Origin: a virus
Reading direction: 5' to 3' (one strand)
Length of the DNA: 64,000 nucleotides
IMG/VR virus record: IMGVR_UViG_3300014781_000001
Numbering within the stretch: the stretch's first letter is position 1; every line of letters starts with the position of its first letter. The notes below the pieces were generated by a model, which was not told the DNA's origin, made no database searches, and was given only the letters and a program-made list of their open reading frames with translations. Of this stretch, positions 17,471-27,887 are shown in pieces. The translations under genes and the position numbers were made by a program.

Positions 17471-17761
17471 ATGCATAAAATGGGAAACGAATTAAAACTT
17501 AACAGCGCAGAAGAAGCAGAAGTAGTCTTAATAAGATTAACTCCAGAAGAGTATCCTATTGCGTACGCAAATAAGGTGAAATGTTTAATGCTTTCAGGTC
17601 TTAGCAAGAAAGAAGCTGAGAGGATGGCGATGGAGCCAATAGATCTTGAACTGTATTATGAAGTAGGTGTAGGACTGATGGCGGTAGAACCTGGAGCGGT
17701 GGAAGCCGGAACAATATACAGTCCATATTCAGGGGAATTATATGACAATTCAAAAATTTAA
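17471..17761 (+). CDS. hypothetical protein
   Basis: ORF track. Confidence 0.45.
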   Translation: MHKMGNELKLNSAEEAEVVLIRLTPEEYPIAYANKVKCLMLSGLSKKEAERMAMEPIDLELYYEVGVGLMAVEPGAVEAGTIYSPYSGELYDNSKI

Positions 17762-17792
17762 TGAGGTAATTATATACCTAAAATAATAGCTT

Positions 17793-18107
17793 ATGACATT
17801 CAAAGAATTTATGAAAGAAGTGGGCTATAACCTAATGACTACCTTTTGGGAAGATTTCAGCATAGCCGACAAGTATGGTATAGCAGGTGTCAAGAATACC
17901 TACAGACGTGCGTTTAATGAATGGAAAGATGATTATAAGTTTTTCACGGAATTAACGCTTGTATTGAATCATAAAATCTGGCAGCATTATGAAGGTGATC
18001 GCGAACTGGCTGCATTGTATGACCGGTTGTGGCGAGAAGCTGACGAGTATGCCATGAACAACTTTAAGGGAGAAGAACTTGATTATTATTACAGAATAAC
18101 AGATTAA
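17793..18107 (+). CDS. hypothetical protein
   Basis: ORF track. Confidence 0.5.
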   Translation: MTFKEFMKEVGYNLMTTFWEDFSIADKYGIAGVKNTYRRAFNEWKDDYKFFTELTLVLNHKIWQHYEGDRELAALYDRLWREADEYAMNNFKGEELDYYYRITD

Positions 18108-18109
18108 AA

Positions 18110-18562
18110 GTGGTTATGAAAAATACGATAGTAACAGGTAGCCTAATTGTATTCAGTGACGGATTTGTTTGGAAAAGATTGTCCAACGAAAAAGCCTATA
18201 AGATATGGGTGTCGGCAGAAAATGAAGATTTTGAGTTATACAAGATAAGAATAGATGATGAGTCTGAGTCATTGATAGAGAGTCTTGAAGACTTGCAGGA
18301 TGCCTTTAAACAAGGTCATTATGTATGTATAGAAGTAGGCAAGCTACCATATAGCATAGATTTGAATTATTTACGAAATCTGCAAGAGATGTCGGTGATA
18401 GCCGTGGATGATCTAATGGGATTAAAAGAATGTAGCAGGGAAGAGGCATTTGCCATCATTCAAGAGTGGACTAAAGAGTTTACAGAGAAATATGGGGATT
18501 TTGATGGCTCATACTATGATGTAATAGATGAATTTATCGAAGAAAAATTAAGAACTATTTAA
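18110..18562 (+). CDS. hypothetical acidic protein
   Basis: ORF track. Confidence 0.5.
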   Translation: MVMKNTIVTGSLIVFSDGFVWKRLSNEKAYKIWVSAENEDFELYKIRIDDESESLIESLEDLQDAFKQGHYVCIEVGKLPYSIDLNYLRNLQEMSVIAVDDLMGLKECSREEAFAIIQEWTKEFTEKYGDFDGSYYDVIDEFIEEKLRTI

Positions 18563-18573
18563 AATATAAAGAC

Positions 18574-19383
18574 ATGGAAGACGATCTTATTACAACAAAA
18601 GAAGTAGGAGATTATCGCATTAAAGTGTATTATTGCCATGATTCAGAATGCCCTATAACTAATTGGGGTTTGTTTGGGTCATTCTTTTTTGAATACTCTG
18701 ATATGCATCGATTGCATGATGAATGCAATTGGAAAACTTTCTTCTACGATAACAAGCATAATCTTAGAGATGTTATTGATGCTATTGTAATGAAGCATAT
18801 AGAACAGAAAGACATTGTAAAATATTTAAAGAAAGGGGAAGCGAATGGGATCTCATTCACATACAACAGAGGTAGCAATGTATGGGAGTTGAAGCATAAG
18901 ACAAGTCCATATATAGGTCAAGAGTTTTTTCCAAGTGATTTGACGGACTTTGATTGCAGAGGGGAATTAATAGAGGATCTGGATGACGAAGATTTGTTAG
19001 ATATCATATCCAAATATGGAAAAGATGTGGTGGCTATAGAGTGGTCAACAAGGGGTTATAGTCAAGGTGATTATATAAAAGGGATAGCATACGTTACAAA
19101 AGAAAAATATGATAATGAAGTCTGCGATAAGGAAGGAGACTGGAAAGAAGATTGTGCCAAAATTATAGATAATGAAGTAAAGTCCATAGGTATGTGGATG
19201 TGGGGAGATGTAAAAGGGTACGTTCTTGAAAAGAAGGTAGCATTTACCAAGAAATACAAAGACGAATCAAGAGAGGATGAAGATTGTGAAGAATGGGAAG
19301 AGGTTGATTCTTGCTGGGGATGTTACGAGGAGACAGATGAATTGATAAAGGAAGTTATGATAGAGAATGATTTAGAAGAATAG
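18574..19383 (+). CDS. hypothetical acidic protein
   Basis: ORF track. Confidence 0.5.
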   Translation: MEDDLITTKEVGDYRIKVYYCHDSECPITNWGLFGSFFFEYSDMHRLHDECNWKTFFYDNKHNLRDVIDAIVMKHIEQKDIVKYLKKGEANGISFTYNRGSNVWELKHKTSPYIGQEFFPSDLTDFDCRGELIEDLDDEDLLDIISKYGKDVVAIEWSTRGYSQGDYIKGIAYVTKEKYDNEVCDKEGDWKEDCAKIIDNEVKSIGMWMWGDVKGYVLEKKVAFTKKYKDESREDEDCEEWEEVDSCWGCYEETDELIKEVMIENDLEE

Positions 19384-19526
19384 GTTATAATGGCTGATAG
19401 TGACGGACGCCACAGGAGACAGGTGGGAAAGTGCGAAGAGCTCCGGTTCAGGGGAGACGGGGCCTGCTTTGCGTGGCGTAAGGCTACAGTAGATGAAATT
19501 GTTGAACATTTTAAAAGAAGATAATT

Positions 19527-19940
19527 ATGGGATATATATGTACAAGATGTGGTGGAACAAATGTTGCTTGTGAAGCCATAGTAAATCCGAATACCGGAAA
19601 AATAATAGATTATTTTGATGGATCTTTTATGCATGCTATTTGCTCGAATTGTGAAAACGAGGTGATAATATCCAACATTGAAGAAGTCAAACATGAAATT
19701 GATTTAAGGTTTCATGAATTTGTAGAAAGAACAGGGAAGGAGCCTGAATACGTAGAATGTCAGATTGTACGGAAAGAGACAGGAGATGAACAAAGAAAGA
19801 CAATGAAACTATCATTGAACATCAACGATGATGACAATGATGATGTTTTTTGTTACTGCAATGGGATAGAATCGTTTAAGCAACTTGCTGAATACGGAAT
19901 GGGAGAATTTATCGTAACATTTTGTTGGAGTTTCTTTTAA
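19527..19940 (+). CDS. hypothetical zinc-ribbon protein
   Basis: CTRCGG...C and CSNC pairs. Confidence 0.5.
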   Translation: MGYICTRCGGTNVACEAIVNPNTGKIIDYFDGSFMHAICSNCENEVIISNIEEVKHEIDLRFHEFVERTGKEPEYVECQIVRKETGDEQRKTMKLSLNINDDDNDDVFCYCNGIESFKQLAEYGMGEFIVTFCWSFF

Positions 19941-19977
19941 GAAACATATTTAGTTATCATTTTTAATAACATATCTT

Positions 19978-20370
19978 ATGAAAACCCAAGAAGAATATGC
20001 CCGTGAAATTGACGAAATCGTTCGTCGGGATGTGGAGAGTTGCCAGAGTGACTGGTTTAAAATCGACAAGGAGATATTTATGCAACCGAAAAACAAGAAT
20101 AAGATATTTATTCTTGGAACCAGAAAGACCGGATGTGATTTAATAATACTGGGTGGCACTAATTGTGATGAAGGTAGTATGGATTGGCTTTTTGGGAGTC
20201 TTGGCAATGAAAACTTCTATGTATGTCAACCGTTATCTTTCTACAAATCACAGCGGGAAATCCAGAAAGTAAATCCGCTGTATGCTTTTAAAGTGGCCAC
20301 TGCTTATTTTAGAGAACAAGGGATGATTCCGGTATTTGAAGATGCAAATTGCAGACTAATGAAGATATAA
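19978..20370 (+). CDS. hypothetical protein
   Basis: ORF track. Confidence 0.5.
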   Translation: MKTQEEYAREIDEIVRRDVESCQSDWFKIDKEIFMQPKNKNKIFILGTRKTGCDLIILGGTNCDEGSMDWLFGSLGNENFYVCQPLSFYKSQREIQKVNPLYAFKVATAYFREQGMIPVFEDANCRLMKI

Positions 20371-20371
20371 A

Positions 20372-20677
20372 ATGAAAGAATTTGATAAATATATAACCAT
20401 ATCATTTAAATATGGTGGGTGTAAACATAATTACAAAATAGATAAAAAAGAGATTGAAATACATGAAGACAATAATGTCTGGTTCTCTTATTTTGATTTC
20501 GGAAAATATCATTTTGAGGTATGGGGTGGGTTAGATGAGGATAATAATCCCATCACTGGAGGAGAATCAAAAAATGGTTTCTGTTCGCCTTTTGCAGTTA
20601 ATGTATATATCATAGAAAACGACGAAGGTGTACAGGTTGCTCAAATTGATGATGTGGATATAATAGAATGCGTATAA
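20372..20677 (+). CDS. hypothetical protein
   Basis: ORF track. Confidence 0.5.
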   Translation: MKEFDKYITISFKYGGCKHNYKIDKKEIEIHEDNNVWFSYFDFGKYHFEVWGGLDEDNNPITGGESKNGFCSPFAVNVYIIENDEGVQVAQIDDVDIIECV

Positions 20678-20922
20678 ACGAAGGTGGTATGATAGAAATA
20701 ATAAGATACAGGCTTCCGATTTATTGGGCTTGCGCTCTGATAAACGGTGATTATTCAGGACTGTCTGAAGAAGAAATACAGGAAATAGATGCTTTTTTGA
20801 AAAAAGCAGAAGGTTATCCGGTAGATGTAGATTTGGAAACACAAGGGTTTTACCGTTGTAATGACGCAGGAACACTTCCCGGAGAGTGTGCAGATTTTAT
20901 TTTTCATAAGTGTAATGATTAA
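20668..20922 (+). CDS. hypothetical protein
   Basis: ORF track. Confidence 0.45.
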   Translation: MRINEGGMIEIIRYRLPIYWACALINGDYSGLSEEEIQEIDAFLKKAEGYPVDVDLETQGFYRCNDAGTLPGECADFIFHKCND

Positions 20923-20933
20923 ACTAAAATAAT

Positions 20934-21830
20934 ATGGAAACTGCAAACAAACTAACTTATTTAAGTACAAAATTCTTTACAGAAAACAAAGAAGAATACA
21001 GAATAACAGTCACAGTATCTTTAGATGATGATTGTCATAACAATATGTGTGACTGGAGAGTAACAGCCGATGTTAGATGGAAAAATCAACGTGGACAATA
21101 CAAGGAGTATATGGGAGGCTGCTGTCACGATGAAGTTGCAAAACATTTTCCGGAATTGGCAAAATTCATATCGTTGCATCTTTGTAACCATTATGGTGCT
21201 CCTATGTATCCGGTGGAAAATGGCATATATCACGTTAGAAGAAGTGGCATGTCTGTAGCAATGGAGTATTTGCGTATATCAGAACAAGAATGCGCAGAAT
21301 TATATAAAGCCTCTGAGGATGAGTTGTATTTCAAGTATCAGCTTTTCAATCTTGGGATTGTGGATAGATGGAAAAGAGAATCAGAAGAGCTTATTGCGGA
21401 ACTTGAAAAATTGTGTGGAAAGAAGTGGGTTAATCCATATAAGCCGGAAGAAGAAAGATTTGTTTTAACACTAACGGACGAGGAACGATCTCTTATTGAA
21501 GAGCGTATTAAAGCCGGGCATTATTCCTCAGAAAATATAGAGAAACGCAGAGTGGAAGCCCATAAAGCAAAGATGGCGGCAAAACGTGCTGAAATTTGTG
21601 AGCGATACGATAAAAAAATCAGACAAGCAGAAGCAGAAAAGAAGATAATACTCTGTGTGTTTGATTATGGATTGCCAATTAATAATGTTATATATTATCC
21701 TCACACGAACACTTTATCTTTCAACTGGAACGATTATGGAGGAAAAATCACACAGGAAGAGTTTGATGATTTTGTGAATAACGTAGACCGCTCTCAGTTG
21801 CCGGAAGGCATCAAGTTTGAACTTAAATAA
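20934..21830 (+). CDS. hypothetical protein
   Basis: ORF track. Confidence 0.55.
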   Translation: METANKLTYLSTKFFTENKEEYRITVTVSLDDDCHNNMCDWRVTADVRWKNQRGQYKEYMGGCCHDEVAKHFPELAKFISLHLCNHYGAPMYPVENGIYHVRRSGMSVAMEYLRISEQECAELYKASEDELYFKYQLFNLGIVDRWKRESEELIAELEKLCGKKWVNPYKPEEERFVLTLTDEERSLIEERIKAGHYSSENIEKRRVEAHKAKMAAKRAEICERYDKKIRQAEAEKKIILCVFDYGLPINNVIYYPHTNTLSFNWNDYGGKITQEEFDDFVNNVDRSQLPEGIKFELK

Positions 21831-21838
21831 TACAAGAT

Positions 21839-22129
21839 ATGGAAAGATTGAATTTTGAAACATTGTTTCGTATCGTAAGATGGGATTACAACCGTTGCTT
21901 TAAGGATGAATCACTGGACAAGGATTTGTTCGTAGAAAAATACGGACGGGTAATGGGTGAACATTATTATAACAAGTTTGTCCATGAATTTGACGGAAAT
22001 ATCCTGAAGATGGTTGGTTACTTCAGAGGTTCCGAAAAAGATGGGCAAGTCTTCTGCGATATGATAACAGAACGTATTGAAAAATACGAAAAGAGAATGT
22101 CATATGATAAAGGTAAGTTAAACAATTAA
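21839..22129 (+). CDS. hypothetical protein
   Basis: ORF track. Confidence 0.5.
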   Translation: MERLNFETLFRIVRWDYNRCFKDESLDKDLFVEKYGRVMGEHYYNKFVHEFDGNILKMVGYFRGSEKDGQVFCDMITERIEKYEKRMSYDKGKLNN

Positions 22130-22141
22130 AAAGATATTTAT

Positions 22142-23203
22142 ATGAACAATTCAATGGTCGCTCACTTGTGGGCTCATGAACAAGAAGAATCAGCATCAGG
22201 GAGCAATTTCTTCTTTGAAGGTACAAGTATTTATTCTTATGGGTATCACTTTGAAGTCGGGAGAATAGTAAAAAACAAACAAGGGAAGAAAGCATACCTG
22301 ATAAATGAAGATTATTATTCTGCTACCACGAGCAAACATCAATGCTATGTTCGTAATGCGATACCAACTCAGGCAATGGTTTTCAGTGTAGGGGATAATA
22401 TATCGGATACTGGTAATATGAGGTTTGTTGCCAGCAAACTGGAATCAATTAAGAAGTCTATTGAAAAATACAAAAGAGCTAAAACAGAATTATCTTATAC
22501 AGATATTTGGGGCGCTTTTGGGAATATGATGGATTACATTCAGTTCTTTAACATGGGGACTGCTAAGAGTATCCTTAAAAAGAGTGCTAATGATTGGCTT
22601 GGAACCAATCATAAATTATCCAAGAGCGGAGATAGTATCAAGCGTAAGCACGTACATGAATTAAAACGCATCTTTCAAATTTTATTGGATCATCAAGGAT
22701 TAAAAGTGTTAGGGACCGTAAATGTGATTGTTGATGAAGTTTGCGGGGAAGGTACATGGATTAAGTATTCAGAAAGATCTGAAAGATGGAGAAAGGGTGA
22801 GGAAGAAAGAGAAAGAATAAAATTAGAGAGATTAAGAAAGGAAGAAGAAGCCCGTTACAAGGATTTTGATGAAAAACTGGAAGAGTGGAAGTCAGGAGAA
22901 ATCAATTTCTTGAATATACCTTTCTATATTCCTGGTGAAAAACCTAACGCCTGGATTCGTATAAAAGGAAATATTATTGAGACAAGTAAACAGATAAAGA
23001 TTGGAATAGCAGAAGCCAGAAAACTGTGGCGGGCTGTGTCGGCAATGCACCGGGGCGCCGAGTTTCGGCACGGTCTGGTGGAGGACATCACCGGTCACCA
23101 GTGGAGTCTAAATCGGTACGAAAACGATTTGCTAACCGCTGGATGTCATAGGATAGCATATAACGAAATGGAGAGAATAGCAAAACAACTGGGATGGGTT
23201 TAA
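22142..23203 (+). CDS. hypothetical protein with a local GC-rich segment
   Basis: ORF track. Positions 22990-23110 are much more GC-rich than the rest of the gene. Confidence 0.55.
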   Translation: MNNSMVAHLWAHEQEESASGSNFFFEGTSIYSYGYHFEVGRIVKNKQGKKAYLINEDYYSATTSKHQCYVRNAIPTQAMVFSVGDNISDTGNMRFVASKLESIKKSIEKYKRAKTELSYTDIWGAFGNMMDYIQFFNMGTAKSILKKSANDWLGTNHKLSKSGDSIKRKHVHELKRIFQILLDHQGLKVLGTVNVIVDEVCGEGTWIKYSERSERWRKGEEERERIKLERLRKEEEARYKDFDEKLEEWKSGEINFLNIPFYIPGEKPNAWIRIKGNIIETSKQIKIGIAEARKLWRAVSAMHRGAEFRHGLVEDITGHQWSLNRYENDLLTAGCHRIAYNEMERIAKQLGWV

Positions 23204-23243
23204 GTAACCCATCTTATTTTATAACAATTAAAAACGAAAAGAT

Positions 23244-23981
23244 ATGGAAAATCCAATTATTGTTCCGTTTGATTTAAATACGGCGAGAAAAATCAAAAGC
23301 GGAGAAATAGAAGGTTCGGTATTAATTAATGATATTGAAATAGAATTTGTATATGAGTCGAAAAACTGTGCAAGTCCTTATAATTTGCTTTTTGTAAAAA
23401 AAGATGGATATGGGATAAGCGCTATATATGCTAACACAGAAGGTTGTACTTTTGCTGACGCCACTCTGGAATTGAGGGTAGAGGCTGGAGCGTATTTTAA
23501 GAAAGGAGATGTATTAACAAGCACTAAAGGATGTCAATTTATATATGATGGACTTATTACCAAAGGGGTAATGGGAAGTATATGTGGAATGGTAACATCT
23601 GGAGATATTGAGTTTGATTGCAAATTATGGACTGATGTGTATGATGGATATAGAAAACGGCATGTAAGAAAGGCTATAGAAGAAGAGAAGAAATTTTTAG
23701 CAGAAAAGATTATAAAAGTCGAAGACAGTAGAAAAATAGATATAATAAAACGATATTTAAGTGAATATGAGTATCTATTAGATGAGATGCCGAAACATGA
23801 CTTCAAACCATTTGAACGAGTATTGGTAAGAAGAACTAACCAAGAGAGGTGGAAATTGCATTTATTTTCCAGAGAATCAGGAGAAGATAATAAATACGAA
23901 TGCTTAGGAGGGGTAGGATTTAGTCAGTGTATCCCATACGAAGGAAACGAACATCTTTTAGGAACCAATAAAAACAAATAA
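23244..23981 (+). CDS. hypothetical protein
   Basis: ORF track. Confidence 0.55.
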   Translation: MENPIIVPFDLNTARKIKSGEIEGSVLINDIEIEFVYESKNCASPYNLLFVKKDGYGISAIYANTEGCTFADATLELRVEAGAYFKKGDVLTSTKGCQFIYDGLITKGVMGSICGMVTSGDIEFDCKLWTDVYDGYRKRHVRKAIEEEKKFLAEKIIKVEDSRKIDIIKRYLSEYEYLLDEMPKHDFKPFERVLVRRTNQERWKLHLFSRESGEDNKYECLGGVGFSQCIPYEGNEHLLGTNKNK

Positions 23982-24235
23982 GATTATGGAATATAAAATG
24001 GTAACAATCCCGTTTGATTTAGAAACGGCAAAAAAAATAAACATAGGGGAAAGAGTAGGTCAGATTGTGACAGAGAAAGGACGAAATAGAGCAGAAATAG
24101 TATATGAAGACAATTCGTCAAGGTAATTATATACCACTTTACACTTTTCCTTAGTATTATTCCCATATAATTGAGATTGTGTCAAAATGCTGGCACAATC
24201 TCTTTTCGTTTACTAAAAAATCAATATAACAAGTT

Positions 24236-24580
24236 ATGAAAAAGAATAGACATAAAAAAGAATCGCTTTTAAACAAGCGGGTATTAGTTAAGTGGATAGA
24301 TTCCAACCTATCAGAAAGAACATGGGTAGATCTGGAGGATTACGAAACAGATATATCAGAAATAGAGAGCTATGGTATTGTTGTACATGAAAATGAGAGA
24401 TCTATATCTGTAGCTGGTCATTATGCTGTTGGTAATTCCAATACATTAGAACAAGCTTCTGGTATAATGACCATACCAAAAGCTTGTATTAAAGAACTTA
24501 TTTTCCTTTCTTTTGGCAACCACTCTTACTTTTTCCACGACGGGAAGCGGCTTGTAAAGTGTAACCTGCAAGAGTTTTAA
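24236..24580 (+). CDS. hypothetical protein
   Basis: ORF track. Confidence 0.5.
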   Translation: MKKNRHKKESLLNKRVLVKWIDSNLSERTWVDLEDYETDISEIESYGIVVHENERSISVAGHYAVGNSNTLEQASGIMTIPKACIKELIFLSFGNHSYFFHDGKRLVKCNLQEF

Positions 24581-24722
24581 CATCTTTGGAAGATATCTTC
24601 TTTCTTAATAACTTGCCTGCTTTACTGGCTGTTTTTCTTGATGGCTTTTTGCATTTGTTCATGATCTTAGATATTTTGTTGTTTATGCAAAAATACGAAC
24701 TGTTAAAATTCCCAATATTCAT
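24498..24722 (-). CDS. possible small lysine-rich basic protein (histone-like); uncertain
   Basis: MNKCKKPSRKTASKAGKLLRKK.... Its 3' end overlaps the convergent gene 24236-24580. Confidence 0.25.
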   Translation of the reverse strand: MNIGNFNSSYFCINNKISKIMNKCKKPSRKTASKAGKLLRKKISSKDVKTLAGYTLQAASRRGKSKSGCQKKGK

Positions 24723-25075
24723 TTTACATCAAATTAAATCCTTTTAAGCCGTTTTAAAATATTAGATAGAATAACTATCTTTGCCCTCACGTATTAGAAT
24801 AAAGACGTAGAAGCGTTAAGATATTATCTTGCATTGAAACTTGGACACTTTCATTCGCACAAGATAATAGACATACAGCTCCTACGCCTATGTTGTTGTA
24901 TACGCATTCTGATTATACAAGAGGGATAATAGTATACTGACATAAGGCGTGGGGCTATTGTTTACTATTGTGCGAAGGGTAGTCCAAGACCTCAATGTGG
25001 TAGTATCCAATAGTCTCCACGCTTCTTTTTTTTGTTAATCTTTCGAAGGAGGCAGAAAGAGCAAAATTATTTCAT

Positions 25076-25781
25076 ATGAAAAAGTATCTATTATTGTTAG
25101 TTGTTCTATTGGGTAGTGTATGCGCTTACTCACAAAACAAAATGGTTGAAGCTATTCATTTAAAAAATGGAAGTGTTATAAAAGGGGTTATTATCGAGCA
25201 GATACCAGACAAGCAAATTACTATTCGCACTTCTGATGGTAGTACGTTTGTGTACCCTATGGAAGATATCAGTAAAATAACCAAAGAAGAGAAAGAATCT
25301 AAAATTCCATTTAAAATATCCAATGAAAAGTACGATTTGACAGGGAGTAGATTTATGATTGATCTCGGATACTGGGCAGGTGGATACAAAGGCCCAGAAT
25401 TATATTTTACATATGGAAGCCAAATCAATCAGTATTTATTTGTAGGAGGTGGAACCGGCATACACTATATGACCGATTATTCAACAGTAAGCATACCTAT
25501 ATTTGCGGATGTGAGAGGATATGCCTTGAATGGTCCAATATCTCCTTTTATTGCATTAAGAATAGGGTATAAGTTCAATACTAAAGAAGCACCAAGACAT
25601 GCAAAAAAAAGGTGGATTGTATTGTAACCCTTTTATTGGTGTACGGTTTATGACTACTAAAAAACAAGCTGTTAATTTAGGTATAGGATATTCTATACAA
25701 AAGGTATCATTTGATGAAGAGTGGGGAGATGGAAGTGGTGACATGAACGGATTTAGTATAAAGGTAGGATATGAATTTTAA
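25076..25781 (+). pseudogene. outer-membrane beta-barrel (OmpA-like/porin-family) protein gene interrupted by a +1 frameshift at an A8 tract
   Basis: The signal peptide MKKYLLLLVVLLGSVCAYSQ is at the 5' end. The reading frame breaks at AAAAAAAA (25603-25610). The downstream frame (25599-25781) ends in the OMP C-terminal signature VGYEF. Removing one A fuses both into one ~235-aa protein. Confidence 0.65.
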
Positions 25782-26166
25782 CAATAACATGAAACAAGTA
25801 CTACATATATTATTAACCTTGCTACTTTTATTCACATTTTCGTGTAACGATGATAATGTGAATAATGACAATAACAGCATATTAATAGGTTCATGGGGAG
25901 AGCAATTCCCCGCAGATGAATTTTTCGAACTCACATTTTATAATGACGATACAGGCGTAATGACTGTATATTACAATGAAGGCAAAAAGAAAAGCCCAGA
26001 TCCTTTCACGTACTCTTTTGATAAAAATACAATGAAATTAGTCATTGTATTTGATAGTGACCCTGAGCCACCTATTGTTTATGATGTAAAGGTGTCAGAA
26101 GGTTGGCTGAAACTTGATTGTATATCAGGTGATTTTGAAGATTTCTCAATGTACAAAATAAAGTAA
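25771..26166 (+). CDS. lipoprotein (signal peptide plus lipobox FSC)
   Basis: MNFNNNMKQVLHILLTLLLLFTFSCNDDN. Confidence 0.6.
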   Translation: MNFNNNMKQVLHILLTLLLLFTFSCNDDNVNNDNNSILIGSWGEQFPADEFFELTFYNDDTGVMTVYYNEGKKKSPDPFTYSFDKNTMKLVIVFDSDPEPPIVYDVKVSEGWLKLDCISGDFEDFSMYKIK

Positions 26167-26189
26167 TACGAAACAATATGATAGTAAAA

Positions 26190-26224
26190 GCGGTGGTAAC
26201 TCAGTTTATCACCGCTTTCTTTTT
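26190..26224 (+). terminator. intrinsic terminator
   Basis: gcggtg-gtaactcagtttat-caccgc followed by TTTCTTTTT. Confidence 0.6.
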
Positions 26225-26262
26225 ATAAATCAATTAATTATTAATTTTTAAAAGTTACAGTT

Positions 26263-26457
26263 ATGAAAACATTAGAAGAGTATCAAAAAGAATTAAAACT
26301 ATTCGATTTTGAAATGCCTCATTTCAAAGAGTTTTTAGAAGATCCTAACCAAAAAGAATATCATCCTGCAAAAAGAATGGTGGTAAAAAATGATGATGGT
26401 AGTTTACAATTAGAAGTAGGGCAGCTCATTCGTAAGCGTCCAAAAATTGTAAAATGA
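26263..26457 (+). CDS. hypothetical small protein
   Basis: ORF track. Confidence 0.35.
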   Translation: MKTLEEYQKELKLFDFEMPHFKEFLEDPNQKEYHPAKRMVVKNDDGSLQLEVGQLIRKRPKIVK

Positions 26458-26797
26458 GATTTATGTCCATTTTCAAATTTAGTTTTTTTCCACAAATCAT
26501 TTCTGCATATGATATGTTTTCTTGTTGGGTTTTAAAAATGTATTGACTAAAGACTTCTTTGTTTGTCTTTGCACTGATAAAAGGTTCTACTAATCCCTTT
26601 GTTGATATTAAATAGGATACCTCACAATGATATTCTTTTTGAGATTTTATGATAATTGAATGAGTGTATAGGATAACATTTTTGTTATCAGGTAAAATTT
26701 CTACATTAAACTCGAACCTTTTAGTAGTATCAAGAACTAATTCTTTTGAATCAGATACCCATTTTTGGGGATCATTAAAATTTAATCGATTTTCCAT
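26426..26797 (-). CDS. hypothetical protein
   Basis: ORF track. Confidence 0.45.
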   Translation of the reverse strand: MENRLNFNDPQKWVSDSKELVLDTTKRFEFNVEILPDNKNVILYTHSIIIKSQKEYHCEVSYLISTKGLVEPFISAKTNKEVFSQYIFKTQQENISYAEMICGKKLNLKMDINLILQFLDAYE

Positions 26798-26963
26798 GAT
26801 ATTAGTATTATTAAGTTAGACAATCCTCAAAAATAGAAAAGAAATAGAAATTTAACAACAAAAAAATAATTCAAAATCATATATTCGATGAATTTAATTG
26901 ATTTTTAGTTGATTATATGAATGTATTTTTGTATTTTTATAATCCAATATAAAGATAAGAAGT

Positions 26964-27887
26964 ATGTTCGATTTTAAATCACTTCCCGAATTTTCAAAAT
27001 TGTTCCCTGATGAGCAAGCATGTATAACCTTTCTTGAAAAAGAAAGGTGGGGAGATCACGTTGTTTCTCCTTTTGATCCGGAATCTAAGGTGTATAAATG
27101 CAAAGGAAATAGGTACAAGTGTAAAAACACGGGTAAATACTTCAATGTTCGTACAGGAACGATTTTTGAAAATTCAAAGGTTTCATTACGAAAATGGATG
27201 CTGGCTTGTTATTTTGTTGTTGAAATGAAAAGAGGAGTATCATCTTTACAGTTGTCTAAAATCGTGGGAGTAACACAGAAAACGGCTTGGTTTATGCTTC
27301 AACGTATTCATAATTGTTTTAGTATTGAAATAAAAGAGCCGTGTTTGAAAGGCGAGATTGAAGTGGATGAAACTTATATTGGTGGCAAAAACAAGAATAG
27401 ACATAGTAAGGATAAAGTTAAAGATGCACAGGGGAGATCTTTAAAAGATAAAACCCCTGTGTTTGGGACACTCCAACGAGAAGGATTTGTTGTCGCTTAT
27501 GTCGTTACAGACACAAAAGGTAAAACCTTACTTCCTTTGATATACAATACCGTTCATCCTAATTCTACCATATATTCTGACGAATGGTATGCGTATAACG
27601 GGATCGACAAAGAAAAGTTTGATCATCAAAAAGTATATCACAAAAAGGGAGCGTATGTAATAGGCAGAAGATCAACAAACACAATCGAAGGATATTGGAG
27701 CCATTTGAAGAAAATGATTTCTGGAACCCATTTCTGGGTGTCGAGAAAACATCTTCAAAGATATGTAGATTGCGAATCTTTCAGATATAACACGAAACAT
27801 CTATCGGAATCTGAAAGATTCGATGTATTTTTGCAGAATACCAAACGACGATTAAGGTATTCACAACTAAAGAAAATTACGGCATGA
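26964..27887 (+). CDS. IS1595-family transposase
   Basis: N-terminal zinc ribbon (CKGNRYKCKNTGKYF) plus the ISXO2-like DDE region. The WMLACYF..KRGVSSLQLSK..GVTQKTAW helix-turn-helix is typical of IS1595 transposases. Confidence 0.8.
   Translation: MFDFKSLPEFSKLFPDEQACITFLEKERWGDHVVSPFDPESKVYKCKGNRYKCKNTGKYFNVRTGTIFENSKVSLRKWMLACYFVVEMKRGVSSLQLSKIVGVTQKTAWFMLQRIHNCFSIEIKEPCLKGEIEVDETYIGGKNKNRHSKDKVKDAQGRSLKDKTPVFGTLQREGFVVAYVVTDTKGKTLLPLIYNTVHPNSTIYSDEWYAYNGIDKEKFDHQKVYHKKGAYVIGRRSTNTIEGYWSHLKKMISGTHFWVSRKHLQRYVDCESFRYNTKHLSESERFDVFLQNTKRRLRYSQLKKITA

Noticed and set aside
24498-24722. Small basic minus-strand ORF as a histone-like protein
   Set aside because: Kept only as a low-confidence feature. 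It overlaps the 3' end of a convergent + strand gene and has no clear start or SD, so it may be non-coding.
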